Shown: positions 51,191 to 63,050 of the stretch, piece after piece
Layout: the number at the start of each line of letters is the position of its first letter
Numbering within the stretch: the stretch's first letter is position 1
Source of the DNA: Camelus ferus
Lineage: Eukaryota
Assembly: GCF_009834535.1 (NCBI RefSeq)
Contig: NC_045715.1
Span: 29,946,001-30,010,000 of the forward strand
Length of the DNA: 64,000 nt
Direction: 5' to 3'
The notes under the pieces: model-generated
Database searches by the model: none
Seen by the model: the letters and a program-made list of their open reading frames with translations, nothing else
Told to the model about the DNA's origin: nothing
Program-made: the position numbers and the translations under genes

Positions 51191-51581
51191 CATCAAAGGC
51201 TTTTTTTAAGTTACACAACACTGAATGGTAGCTTTTGAACTATCCTGTAACACCCTTTCCAAAGCACAGATGGATCTTCTACTCAATCGTGTTAACTTTA
51301 CTATGGTAATAAAAGGCACACATGTAGAGACTGTTGAGTTTGGGTCTTCCTGGGTTGGCTGGATGAGGCATGAGGGCATGAGCTGCAGTTCCCAGTCAGT
51401 CACGTGATCACAAGGGTAAGCAACTGGTACAGGTTAACAATCTTTCTCACTTCAATGGTTTTGCCCAACTACAGGCTGCTGAGGTAAGTTCTAGATAGGT
51501 TAGGCTAAGCGACCGTAGGCAATCTTAAGTTGGTTTGTACTTGGAGTCAACCAAAACACAGGACCAAGCCTGTTGCAGTAG

Positions 51582-51587
51582 TTTAAT
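51582..51587 (-). terminator. Probable SLC35B2 poly(A) signal ATTAAA
   Basis: tttaat on + equals ATTAAA on -, about 560 nt past the stop. Confidence 0.6.
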
Positions 51588-51667
51588 AAAATAAAATTAT
51601 AAGAGCAAAAAGTTACATTTCCAAAGTACCAAAACCTGCACTGGCTCACGGAGCAGAGCCTAGGGAT

Positions 51668-51745
51668 CCAGGAGCGATAGGGGTGGGATTGCTGGGTGAC
51701 TCCCCACCCCCTCCCCCAGCACAGCACCAGCTCTCACTCTCCTGG
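51668..51745 (-). other. Sequence homologous to the human MIR4647 hairpin in the SLC35B2 3'UTR
   Basis: ccaggagcgatagggg...cagcacagcaccagctctcactctcctgg aligns by eye to the recalled human hairpin; terminal CCAGGAG/CTCCTGG pairing retained. No evidence here that it is processed. Confidence 0.4.
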
Positions 51746-52143
51746 GAAAGCAGCATTTGGAGCCTACACCATTTGTGCTTCTCACCAGAGGAAGAAACGC
51801 AGGTCTGTCAGAGTCTGGAAGGATGGGTATTTAAGGTAGGGCTCACACACAGGTGAAGCGCTGGCAGAGCCAACAGGCAAGACTACAGGGACCTTGAGGA
51901 GCGAGGAGCTTTGGAAGGTGTCTTGACACACCCCACCTGCATCTCTACCTTAGGACTCCTGCTTCCTAGAGGGTGGGTGACAAGGCAGAGGGGAAGGCTG
52001 CCTTCTGGCCTCCCTGCCCCCAAATGCAGAACTGGTTTGCAATACTGAAGGAAAAAACCTGCACTTTTTTACCCTTGAGCCGGCCACCTCAGAAATTTAC
52101 TGGTACCTTGAGAGGGTCCTAGTCACTTCATCCCTCAGGCCCC

Positions 52144-54849
52144 TCAAACCTTCTGCACAGACGACTCGACTGGCACTGCCTTCTTTCCCCGCTGCTTTAG
52201 ACGGCCCCGGGCATAGACTCGGAGCAGGAGGGCAGCAAAGACCACAGCCACCCCAAGCCCTCCCACCACAGTGACAGTGTGGCCGTAAAGGAGGCAGGAA
52301 AGGAGGATGGCAAAGGCCTGGCGGAGGGTCATGATGATGGTGAAGACAGCAGCCCCAAACTGCCCAATAGTGTAGAAGATGAAGAGCTGGCCGCACGCAG
52401 AACAGATAGAGAGCAGCAGGGTGTGTGCGGCAAATTCACCATATCGTCCCATGAAGCGGATCCCCTCCAGGAGGGCCCCCTGCTCTAGAAGGGAGCCCAC
52501 TGTGAAGAGGCAGGAAAATAAGTTGACCCCAAACATCATCTGCACTGATGACATCTTGTAGGCAAACAGGGCATCCTGCCAGTTGGAGGTGAAGCTGTCA
52601 AAGGCGATGTAGCCTGACAACAGGATGAGGCCTGAGAGCGTGGTGGCCGGGGAGCTGTGGGGCTCTGGTCCGCTGGACAGCAGAAACATGCTGACCCCGA
52701 TGGAGATGAGGCCGGCTGTCAGATATTCCCAGTGTTCATAGCTGCGCCGGGACACCAACTTTCCCATCAGCATAACAGGGATTACCTTGGAGGCCTTGGC
52801 CAGCACCTGGGTGGGGAAGCTGACAAACTTGAGAGCTTCATACTGGCACCAGCTGCTAAGCACATTTGATAGGCTGGCAAAGGAGTACCGGTACATGGGT
52901 GCCCCGTGCCGGGGCTGCTTGCATAAGATGCAGTAGAGGCCAGCCACGATCAGTGCCAGGACTCGGTTCATTAGCACCAGGAACTGTGAATCCGAGAAGC
53001 GCTCACCTGGCGAGGTGGCTGTGGCCCCATAGCTGCGGGTCATCACTCTCTCCTGCAGCACTCCCCAGGTCAGGTAAGACACCTGAGTGGGGAAGGGCGG
53101 AGACAGGAGAAGATAAGCAAGAGAAGGAAAAGATAGGCCAAACAGGACCCCAACAGTCTCCTTCCTATCTAACATGATTTAAAGGACCACCTATGTATTT
53201 GGGTTCCTCTGTAGTAATTAGAAGTTTCCTCTCCCCTCCCAAACCTGGATTCACCTTGTAGGGAATCAAGGGTGTGTGAAATGCAACAACAAATGCTTTA
53301 GGACTGACCAGAGTTTGTCCCCACAGCAGGGTTTTTTAAAGCCGACTCCATCCCAAGTATTTCCCTATTTTCAACCAATTCCAGGAGGTAAGAATTCTTA
53401 AAGAAGATTGGACACTTACTAGTTCAACATGGTATATATACCAGATGAACTAATAGAGCCCACTCCAAATGCCCTGAGGTCAGCATCTCAGCACCCCTCT
53501 CACTTGCGGTAGTGGGGAAGGCTAGGTGGCTTCCCCAGACTTTTATCAGTGGGTTAACTATGTGAGGCACACCACTGTAAGCGGAAGGGAGAAATCACCG
53601 AAAAGAGGGTAAGAGAAAAGAGGAAAGGAAAAAACAGCATTTCCCCCAACTACCTCTAAGAAGACAGCGTGCCTCTGGGAGGAGGACACACAACACAAAC
53701 ACCAGCAAATCACTGGGACTGGTGGGGTGAAAGCTCTGGTTCCACAGAGTTCCCGCCTGCCCGGACCCAACCCAGGAAGAGCAGCAGAGCCTGCCTACCT
53801 ACCTGGAGCCCCGCGGCACAGAAGAGCAGCTTCAGGGCCTGCCAAGTGGGACTGGTCTCTGTCGGCTCTGGCCGGGGAGCCAAGGGAACCTCGTCTGTAG
53901 CCTTGGGCTCATTGCCAAACACACAAGTTTTCACCAGGGGAAAGCAGAGGCCCCTGCCTGGAGAAAGCACACAAGAAGCCCCAGAGTTCTCCCTAGCGCC
54001 TCATCTTACCCAGAGCTGCCAGCCAGCCCTTCTGGCCGCCCTCCCAGCCTTGCCAAGCCCCACGTGTCCTTTGCAATCCTGACCAACCCTTGTTAACACA
54101 GACCAAGCATACTTCCCCAACCTTTCCCCCACACACCTGTCTCCAGGTAGTTCTTCCGCCTGAAGTACTGCACCAGCAGGTAGCCAGGTACCATAAAGCT
54201 CGCATAACCAGCAGCATTCACCAAAAAGCGGAAGAACCATAGCTGGGTCCACGACTCCGGAGGGGCTTCGGGGTTCTCCCCACCTGCCCCCAGGGAGGGG
54301 AGCGCAGCCAGTACCACCACTGCCCACCACCTGCAGGGACCGAGGACGTAAGAATCAGGGTGCAGCTCCTTATCCTCTCGGCCCTCCAGAGGGGACGACA
54401 CTGGAGAAGGGCCCGGAGTCTCCTCCCCGCCCCTTCAGCGGCAACCCGGCGCGGACAAAGAGCCTCTCTCTCGCCTAGGGGTGCAGGCGCCGGACAGGCA
54501 GGGCTCTCTCCATACCCGGGAGCGGACCCGCCCCTCCGGCCACACAGGTTCCTTCTGTTCCCTCCAGTGCCTGCCGGCGGCTCCGGCCAGAGGCGGCGTC
54601 CCCGACCCCGCCATCCAGGTTCCCGGAGCGCCAGGGTTCCCCGACTTCGCCCGACACTCCTGGAGCCCCCGAGGAGCACGACGCCACGCGGCGCCCCTAC
54701 AGGCGCTGGCTCCGGGAAGCGCTAGGCCGGCTTCTGGCCGGGCAGCTGGGACCCCACCCGGCCCCCCGCGCGGAGGAGCGGCGGTCACGTGGCGCGGGGC
54801 GCAGTCACGTGGGCTCGCCGCTCCCCCCAGCCCCCTACCTGGCGTCCAT
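52144..54849 (-). CDS. SLC35B2: PAPS transporter 1 (PAPST1), 432 aa
   Basis: Exons 54849-54839 (MDAR), 54330-54137, 53957-53803, 53082-52144 total 1299 nt; [15 protein letters not shown]...[34 protein letters not shown]...VQKV*. Confidence 0.97.
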
Positions 54850-55300
54850 GGTCCGGGCCGCGTGGGGCGGAGCGGGGCCGGGGAATGCGGGTCCCCGGGC
54901 CGCAGGCGCCCTCCGCTCCCACTGTCGCCTCCAGGAGCAGCAGGCGAGCCACGGGCTAGCGGAAGTGCCGCGCTGTTCCCGCCTCCCTCCCGGTGGCCGC
55001 CACTCCGCCCCCGGCCGCGACCATGCAGCGCCCCGGGCCGCCGCCGGGCCACAGCGACCCCTCGCGGCCCGGAGGGAGACGCGGCTCGGTGAACGCCAAG
55101 CTGCCCCTGCGCGGGGTAGGCGGGGAGCTCCAGGCCCGTGCCGCCCCCTGCTTCGTCATCGCCCTTAACCCTCACCACCGGCCCGGAGGTCGTGGTGACC
55201 ATTGCCATCCTAGGGGCCGGGACGTTAAGGTTCTGCCTCCTAAGCACATCCATCGTTATGTCACCGTTTTCCCGTTTTCTGGCAGGAAGATGTCCTTCCT
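54300..55300 (-). promoter_or_regulatory. SLC35B2 CpG island / promoter
   Basis: Very CpG-dense; GC boxes; ETS CGGAAGTG at 54960-54967. Confidence 0.85.
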
Positions 55301-55592
55301 TTTGTGACTGGGCCAGCATTTCTGTCCCCCCATCCCTATGAACTTCAAGGCTCTGCACCTGGCCCCCGTCTACCGTGCCCACTCACCCACCCCCTGCAGA
55401 GCCCCAGTGGCCTGCTCTCAGTTCCTATAATTCACCAAAGGCCTTCCGCCCGCCCCTTACTCATCCTTCTGAGTAGAGATGACACTCAAGAGGACCCCCG
55501 ACCACCCAAAGTCCCGCCTTCCCCCACTCCACTGTCCTCCCTCCCACCATTCTTTTCCTTCCTTTGCATCCACTGCAACTTGTAATTACATA

Positions 55593-55598
55593 TTTATT
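55593..55598 (-). terminator. NFKBIE poly(A) signal AATAAA
   Basis: tttatt on +, about 1.0 kb past the stop; a second copy at 55658-55663. Confidence 0.7.
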
Positions 55599-56596
55599 GG
55601 GCTATTTATGTTTTCATGGCTGTCTCACTAGACTCCAAAGTAGCCAGAAACTGCTGGTTTATTCCCCCATATTCTTCATCCCAGCTTAGGTCTGACTTCA
55701 TAGTCCCCTCCAACATATGTGGAATGAGAGAAAAAAAAAACATAGAAAGCCACAGCTCCTTGGTGTCACCCTCCACAGGCTAGCCCTTCTCTCCAGGCTC
55801 CTCCAGGGCCGTGGTGAGGCCTTCCACTTGCATCTTCTTATTTCTGTTTTTCTTTCTCCATCCCTCTGCATTTCTACAGAAAGGGCAAGGGTCTGTGCTG
55901 GACAGAGGCCTGAGGACGGTCAGCCTCCCTACCCTCCCTAGCAAGGCCCTGCTCCTCTCAGGTGACAATTCCCTTCTCTCTGCCTCTACCACAAGGTCAC
56001 AGGGCAGGCCCGTCTTGAAATCCCCAATGCACACAGACAGACACATTCACAAAACAACGGGGGGGGGGGCACTTTAAAAAAGTCTCTCTTGTTTTAGTGT
56101 TATATTATTGAAATGTCCCCTTCCCCTAAGGCTCAATTCAGGGCCTTCTGAGCGAAGTCTTTAAACAGAGGTGTTTCGGCGTCCTTTCAGCAGTGAGATG
56201 GAACCCCTCGGGGCCCTGCTCACTCATAGTTCAGTGTCTCTCCTCACTCAGGACAGTCCATGGCCTCCTACTGGTTGGCAGCTTCAGGCTAACCCCACTT
56301 GGGACGAGACGACAGCCTCCATCATCTTCAACAGAGGCGAACAGGCTTCTCCACTCAGGCTATCTGGGGATTTGAGGGGGTCCTTCCATCCACCCGGAAG
56401 CTCTTCCTTCCAGACTGGCTCTCTTACTTGCGATCCCTCCTCTCAGCTCAGGGCTGTGCTGGCCCCAGGCTCTGGCCTCAGCAGTCCCCAGGACACCAGA
56501 AGGGCACAAAGCCTGGGCCCAAACTGTAGCAGCTGTGGCTCCAGCTTCCAGATGGGAAGAGGGGGAGCGCCTGGAGCCCCAGGGCCTGTCCTGGCT

Positions 56597-59500
56597 TCAG
56601 TCGGCACACAGCAGTGGCTTCCCGGAGATCTTCAGGTCATCAAAGGGCAAAAGGGAAAAGGGCTGAGGAAGAGGATGGAGAATGGAGATCAGGATCCATG
56701 GACAAAGGCAGCAGTGGGGAAGGGAGCTGGGAGACCTACTGGGCCCTTTCCTCCCCACCAAGTGATAACTGAAGGACATCAGGGAACAATTCTTCCTACT
56801 AGTCTCCAAAAGAGTGGCCCTCAGGACTAGGCAGAGCCCTGAGGCCTTAGGCAAGCCTTCACCCAGAATATCAGATCTTAGAAGGATACAGGAGGTGATC
56901 CAGCCCACGGGGCTTCTTTTTGTCTCTGTTTTGGGAGGGGGAAAGGGCATTCACAAAACATATTGAGTATTTTTTTGTTTTACATTGAACATTTAAAAAT
57001 GGGAAAGATTGTACTGAAAATCTAGGTTTCATCTCTCTTTAAAAATTTCAAGACCTGGAAATACTGGGCCCACCTTCCTCCTCTGCAACTGAAGCTGACA
57101 GAGTGACCCTCGGACACAGACTGTCCGGAATCCCGCAGGTCCCACCACCCGGCTGTCTTACACCCAGCCTGCTCTGCTGATCTGCTTTAGCTGCACGGCT
57201 CCTGTAGGAGTCCAAGGTTGGGCCCCTGGTCCTGACCAGCTGAGAACATAGGCTGAGAGAGGGGCAGAGGCTTGCCCAAGGTCCCATGATTGGTGAGTGG
57301 CAGAGTCATGGATTTCACCCCAGGATCCTAACTCCTTGGCCCTTTCAGCTACTACGGCGCTTGTCTCTGCTAGGAATGCGGGAGGCCCTGGACAATAGAG
57401 CTGAGGGTCTGCCTCTTACATCCTCGGCCAGATCCTGAGGGGTCTCATCCTCCACATTCCGCAGCAGAGAGTCGGCACCTGCCTCGCACAGGGTGGATGA
57501 GATGCTGCTGAGGCCCCGGCCGGCCGCCAGGTGCAGGGGTGTGCACCCGTTGAGCATGCGGGCATCCACTCGGGCCCCAGCCTGGAGCAGGAACTGCACC
57601 AGACCCCGCTCCTGGGTCTCCACCGCCAGATGCAGCGCTGTCTTCCCGCTCGTGCCCTCCTGGATGGGGGAATAAGGATGTCAGCCAAGGCCCTCAAGAG
57701 GAATCATGCTAGGCCCGGGGCTCTGGCTAAGGAGGTGAGTGCCACCCCTTATGACCACAGGCCAGGGGACCAGGGGCTGGACCTGGACCAGGCAGCACCG
57801 TGATTGGCCACTTCACCTGTGCGTCAATGTCAGCTCCATTCTGAAGCAGCAGCTCCATGAGTGGCCGGTTCCTCTGCAGGGTGGCGATGTGGAGACAGGC
57901 CAGACCTGGGATGGGGTGAGGGTGAGGGTGGGGGCTGCACCCACCAGCTCTTGCTCTCTCCCTCTCTTCAGGGACCTCCCTTACCCCTAAGCCCCAAGGG
58001 ACCCACTGCCCGCCCAGTGCCTCTAATCACAGGACTGTTAAAATACAAGCCCAAAAACCCCCTCAAAAGTCTGGGGGGAAAGGAACTCAAAGTTTCCACC
58101 TTTTCAGTCATGTTATTGAAACATTCACGCTTCAGGGGTCAGGTTGCTGAGTGACACCCCCATACACACACCCTCCCTAACACACTCCCCTCCCACACAC
58201 TCACACACACCCTCTCTCTTTCTAAAACTCTACTTGCCTTCAAGCCCCATTCAAAAGCCACTTTCTTCAGAGCTCTCTGGATCTTCAGACCCCCAGACCC
58301 TCCCTGGGGTCCACATCCTCCCATGAGCTCCCCTGGCCTTTTTGCTAGCTCCTTTCTGCCCTGGACCACCCTCTGCTTAGAGAACTAGATTCAAATTCTT
58401 GTTCAAATTCATCCTTCACTCTTTCAAGTCTTTGTTCAAATGTCTCTACTCCATGAGGGTTTTCCTGAACCCCCCTGTTTAAAAATCACATCAACCCCCC
58501 CAGCCCTCCACACTCGTCCCCTCACTTGGTCCTACTGTCCCCACAGCACTGCCTGTTAACCTCCTAGAGAACTCACTTCTTATGTTTACTGTCTGCCTCA
58601 GACATTCTCTTTTGCTCACAGATGCAAGTGTGGCTCCTACAATAATGTCCAGCACATAGAAGGCCCTCAAGTATATTTTTGTTGAATGAATTAATGAGTT
58701 CACCTAATCTCCATTAAACTGAATATCCTGAAGGCAAAGTTTAGCTCTCTGCTTAGGACACAGTAGGTTCTTGATAAATTCTAAATCAAATCTGTTTATT
58801 TGTTCATTCATTCGTTCATTCAGCAAAGGTTCTGCATACCTATGTGCTTAGAACTGGAGGTGCATTAATGGACAAGCTCTGACCCTCCCTTCCCTGAGAC
58901 TGGGGTCCCTGTCTCCTGTCCCCTCCTCATCCCATGGGCTGTAAGGCTGCCCACACCTTGCCAGTTTTGCAGCTGGAGGTCCAGGGAGTGAGGTAGTCCT
59001 CTGCCTGGCTCTGGCTGCCCCTCCAGCAGGCAGCGGGCACAGGCCAGGTGCTGGCGCTGGCAGGCCACATGCAGGGCAGTGTCACCGTGCCGGTCCTGTA
59101 GCACCCGGCTGGCCCCCTTCAGCACCAGGGCCCGAACTGCGCCCGGCTGGTCCAGATGTACAGCCAGATGGAGTGCTGTCTGCAGGCACAAAGAGAGAGT
59201 CACAGGGCCACTGCAGTATGCTCCCACCTCTGGGAACATGCTAGGGTGGGCACAGGAATTGCCAGGGGCCAGCACCTTCTTTGAGAAAAGCATATAAAGG
59301 CTATGGCACTGGTCTTCCAAGGAAACACCACCAAGCCCTTCCTTCTGTTACCCCCTAACCAAGCTCCTGGGACCCCAATTCTGGAGGCAGGGTGAGGGAA
59401 GTGGCCCCCTGCTCTTCTTGTAGGTCTCCTTAGCCCCTGGAAAAAGGCCAGAGAGGCAGTAGATTCTAGCTTCGCCCACACTGGGAAGACCTCTGTTATC

Positions 59501-62500
59501 CCAGGTGATGGGGAGAAGTTGGGCTACAGGAGGAAAGATAGAGGCTCCCAGCAGTCTCCACCTGCCTCACTCCTCCTCGAATGCTCCCGGCAGGTGTCAC
59601 CTCCTGTACTAAGCTGCTTCGCACAGACATTGGCTCCCATAGCAGCTGGCATATGTGTCCATCCCAACTCTTATTACCATGCTGTGTAATTAGGTGTCGA
59701 TATGAGTCCCCTAGCCCAGGCTCGAGCACCTTCTGGGCAGAGGCTGTTTCTTACTGATCTCTGTATCCTCAGCTTCTAGCCCAGTGACTGGCTTATGGTT
59801 TTCTGAGGGAGCAGCCCAGGGATGCTGTGTGGCTGCTGGGGATGGCTGCCAGGGCAGACATGGGTATCTGGGCTCAGCCCACCCTCACCACCCACCTGGT
59901 AAAGGTTGTTCTGAATGTCCAGGACCTCCTGAGGCAGCAAAGCCAGGCAACAGAGCAGCACAGCCGGGGCCTCGTGAATCACCGCCAGGTGGACCAGCCT
60001 GCGAGGCAGAGGCAAGGTTTGGGGTCAGGGCCCAGGCCAGAGTGGGTCCTGGGGTTAGAAGAAGCAAATCAACATTGAGATTGCCACCCATGGGGTAGGT
60101 GCAGGAAGTGAGAGTTTGGGCCAGGAAGTGAGGGTTGCTGCGGGAAGCCAGGATCCTAGGGGTGGGAGCTCCAAGTTCCCATCTCTGGCCTTCGGGAGGG
60201 CCTTGGCTGAGAGACAGTGCAGGCAGGGTGCTGAAGGGACAAGGTCCTTCCTGTCCAGCCTGCCCACACCCCGCTCCCCTCTGGCCCCAGGGCCCCGCCA
60301 GACAGCTGCTTCTCAGAGCCAAACTGAAAGCTGCTGGGGGAGCACAGAGGTGGTTTCCAGGGCTGGGCTCCCCACCTTCACCCCCTCCATGGGGAGGACA
60401 GAGAGGGAAGGGGGGTCACCCCCACTTCCCCTCAGAAACTCCGTGTTACACATTCTAAGAGAGAGAAGACTTTGGAAGCTCTTGGAAGGGGAACAAGGAG
60501 GCAGTGCAGCATCCTGTCTTGCTGCCCTTCACAGGGGCGGCCAGAGGACAGCCCTTTAGATGGCACAGGCTGGTTGAGGCCTGACCCCTGGCCCCTCTCC
60601 TGTGTGTGCCTGGCGAGGAGGTCTGTGCAGTGCAGAAAATGTGTGTTTGTGGGGGGATAAAGAGCCTTAACCCGAAGGGGGGCAGATGGGAGGGAAGTTC
60701 CAGCCCTGGGGTTTCCCCACATCAGGTGGGGAAAATGAAAGCCTGAGGGTCCAGGCCAGGACAGCTGCCTCGGGTCATGGGGGTAGCTTGGCTGAAAGGC
60801 CCGTATGGGCTGGGGAAGGGGCTGCTCAGGCGGGAGGGGGGCCGGCTTGGGCGGCAGGCGAGGCCCAGGAGAGAGTGATGGAGGGAGGGAGGGCGGGAGG
60901 AACCGCGCTGGAAATCCCCTCGGCCAGGGCCTGCTCTCTGGGTCACATTCCTGCAGCCACCTCCCTCTCTCCCTCAGTCTCCCCCCTCCCACTTCCGCTT
61001 CCCATTTCCCTACGTCCCACGGCCCAGACACCTCCGGAGGGAAGAACGTGCCCCCTCCTCTCAGGGAACCCCTTGGGGAGTCTTGACATGCCCCCTCCCC
61101 AAGGTCTAGACATAACACTTGTCTCTAACTTGAGATGGTAAAAGCTGGGGCTGAGAGGCTAACACAGAAGGGGAGAGGCAGAGGTCTCCACTCCCTGGGT
61201 CAAAGGTCAGCCAGAGGTATTCAGCATGGAGTCTGCACGATTTTGGTTGTGTACCTGAGGGCTAGGGATCTAGGTGCAGGGTACAGAAAGGCCTGGGATC
61301 ACCCACTGGGTCCAGAGACTGTCTTTGTCAAAGGCCACCCAGGATCCTTGCAGCTCCAAAAAAGCAGGTCAGGACAGATACCTCCCGCCTCCTCTATCTC
61401 CCCTAGCCCTGCTGATTCCAGCACCCCAGATGTGGGATCCCAGCCCTCCACTCTGTTTCTCACCCCCAAATCCCAGCCACCCTCTTTCCTGTCAGCATTT
61501 TCTTCTTCCTGAGGGGCAGGCAAATCCTCAACTGGCCAGCGCCTCCCACACAACTGCCTCCTAGCCCAGTCTCCACCAAACTCTACCTGGGCTCGGGGAG
61601 GAAGGATAAGGTGAGGAGGTCACACAGGACAGTCAGGGGGACTTGTGGGGCTCAGAAGGTGGAGAGTGTTGGTAAAGCTGACTCTAGCCCTCACTTCCCC
61701 TTTCTCAGCAGAGGAGGAAGTAAACTGGGGCAGCCAGCCGCCTGTCTGCTGGGGCAAGAGTGCCCCAGCCTGGCTTACCTCCTCCTCAGGGCCAGCCTCA
61801 GCAATGCACCCTGGCAGCGCCCCCAACCCTAGCTCCCTAGGCCTACTGGCAGCCTATAACCAGCCCCTCTTGTTCCTTGAGACAGAGCATTCTGAGGTCA
61901 GAGGTTGGGAATCCCAGATATTGAGCAAACAAGGATGCCCTGTCCCCCAGCAAGGAAAACAAAACAAAACAAAACAAAACTGGGTTTGTCAGGGGAATTT
62001 TCTTTCCTAGGGGTGGGTAACTGGTAGATTTCCAAGATGCTAGCTGGAGTTCCAGGTGCCTGGTAAGGGCCCTGCCAAAAGGTGGGGCAGACAGATGATG
62101 CCAGGTTTTTGGACTAGGCCAGGCTAGAGCTCAAAAGTGGGTTCAGAGTTAAGTCTGGAAGAGAGAGTGGGGACTGCCCCTTCCAGAGTTGGTGCCTTGA
62201 GGGATCCTCACATAGGGGGTCCCGACTTGATGCCGCTCCTGGGGAGGCACCCAGTTAGCATCAGGAGGGAGGAAAGGGTCCTATCTCAGCCTAGCCCCCA
62301 TACTCACGTGTCTCCATCCTCCGAGATGTAAGTGAGTGCTTCCAGTTGCTGAGGGCTCAGGGCCCCTGCGGCGGGAAGCGGCGAGTCTGGGGTTGGGTCC
62401 TTGGTCTTGGGGTCCCCCAGCAAGGGCAGGGTCTCAGTGAGCGATGAGGAGCCGTAGATGGAGTCAGCCCTCTCCCCATCTGTGTCTTCCTTCTCCTGTG

Positions 62501-62675
62501 GCTCGTTGGCTGTTCCTGAAGGATGGGTCCAGGGCTGGGGGCTCCCACCGTCTGAAGGCCCAGAAGCTGGGGCTGGGGTGGGCTCGGGCAAGGAGCGCAG
62601 AGAACGCAGAGACTCGATGCCCGAGTCATACTGACTCTCATCTGTCTCGTCCGGCCCCTTCCGCGCCTCCGACAT
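56597..62675 (-). CDS. NFKBIE: NF-kappa-B inhibitor epsilon (IkB-epsilon), 362 aa
   Basis: Exons 62675-62308, 59998-59896, 59179-58957, 57905-57817, 57659-57420, 56662-56597 total 1089 nt; DSGIES phosphodegron; ankyrin repeats (TALHLAV, GDTALHVAC, GKTALHLAV, GCTPLHLAA); ends LPFDDLKISGKPLLCAD*. Confidence 0.97.
57190..57330 (-). mobile_element. MIR remnant in NFKBIE intron 5
   Basis: ggctgagagaggggcagaggcttgcccaaggtccca..gtgagtggcagagtcatggatttcacccagg. Confidence 0.75.
58380..58860. mobile_element. L2 fragments in NFKBIE intron 3
   Basis: tttgttcaaatgtctctactccatgagggttttcctgaacc..., agcacatagaaggccctcaagtatatttttgttgaatgaat (+) and ttcattcattcgttcattcagcaaag (-). Confidence 0.75.
60692..60919. 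promoter_or_regulatory. kappaB site cluster in NFKBIE intron 1
   Basis: GGGAAGTTCC 60692-60701, GGGGTTTCCC 60708-60717, GGAAATCCCC (GGGGATTTCC on -) 60910-60919. Confidence 0.7.
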
Positions 62676-63050
62676 CCCCGCGGCGCCGGCCCGCCGGGGC
62701 CCGGTCCGAGCAGTACCCGACTCCGCGCCGCCTTTCCGGGTTGCAGGTCCCCCTTGCAGAGCGGGTGCTGGGCCTGGACTGGACTCCTTCCTGGGATGCG
62801 GGGGCCCGAGGGGTTGGTGAGAAGCTGGGACGACGCTCGGAGCGCTGGCGGGGTTCTCGGCAGCAGCTAACCGGGGCAGCTGGGCAGCCCAGTCTGACGC
62901 GCTCGCTCGCCCCGCCCTCAGTCCCCGCCTCCGACGGGCGCTGCGCTTCCGGACCGACGCCCCGCCCTTCGGAATACCCCTTACCCCGCCCTCTGCGTTG
63001 GCTCCAAGTCAGGGTTTCCCCGGTCCTGACTCACTCGTGCGTTAATTCAC
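62550..63050 (-). promoter_or_regulatory. NFKBIE CpG island / promoter
   Basis: GC boxes; ETS CCGGAAG near 62946-62952; kappaB GGGGTATTCC (minus) 62971-62980; kappaB-like 63012-63021; AP-1 TGACTCA 63027-63033. Confidence 0.8.

Noticed and set aside
54435-55382. 315-aa minus-strand ORF over the SLC35B2 promoter
   Set aside because: CpG-island artefact in a different frame from the true 11-nt first coding exon.
55871-55882. Roquin CDE stem-loop in the NFKBIE 3'UTR (TTTCTGTAGAAA on minus)
   Set aside because: The loop is four nucleotides, not the Y-R-Y triloop that defines a CDE.
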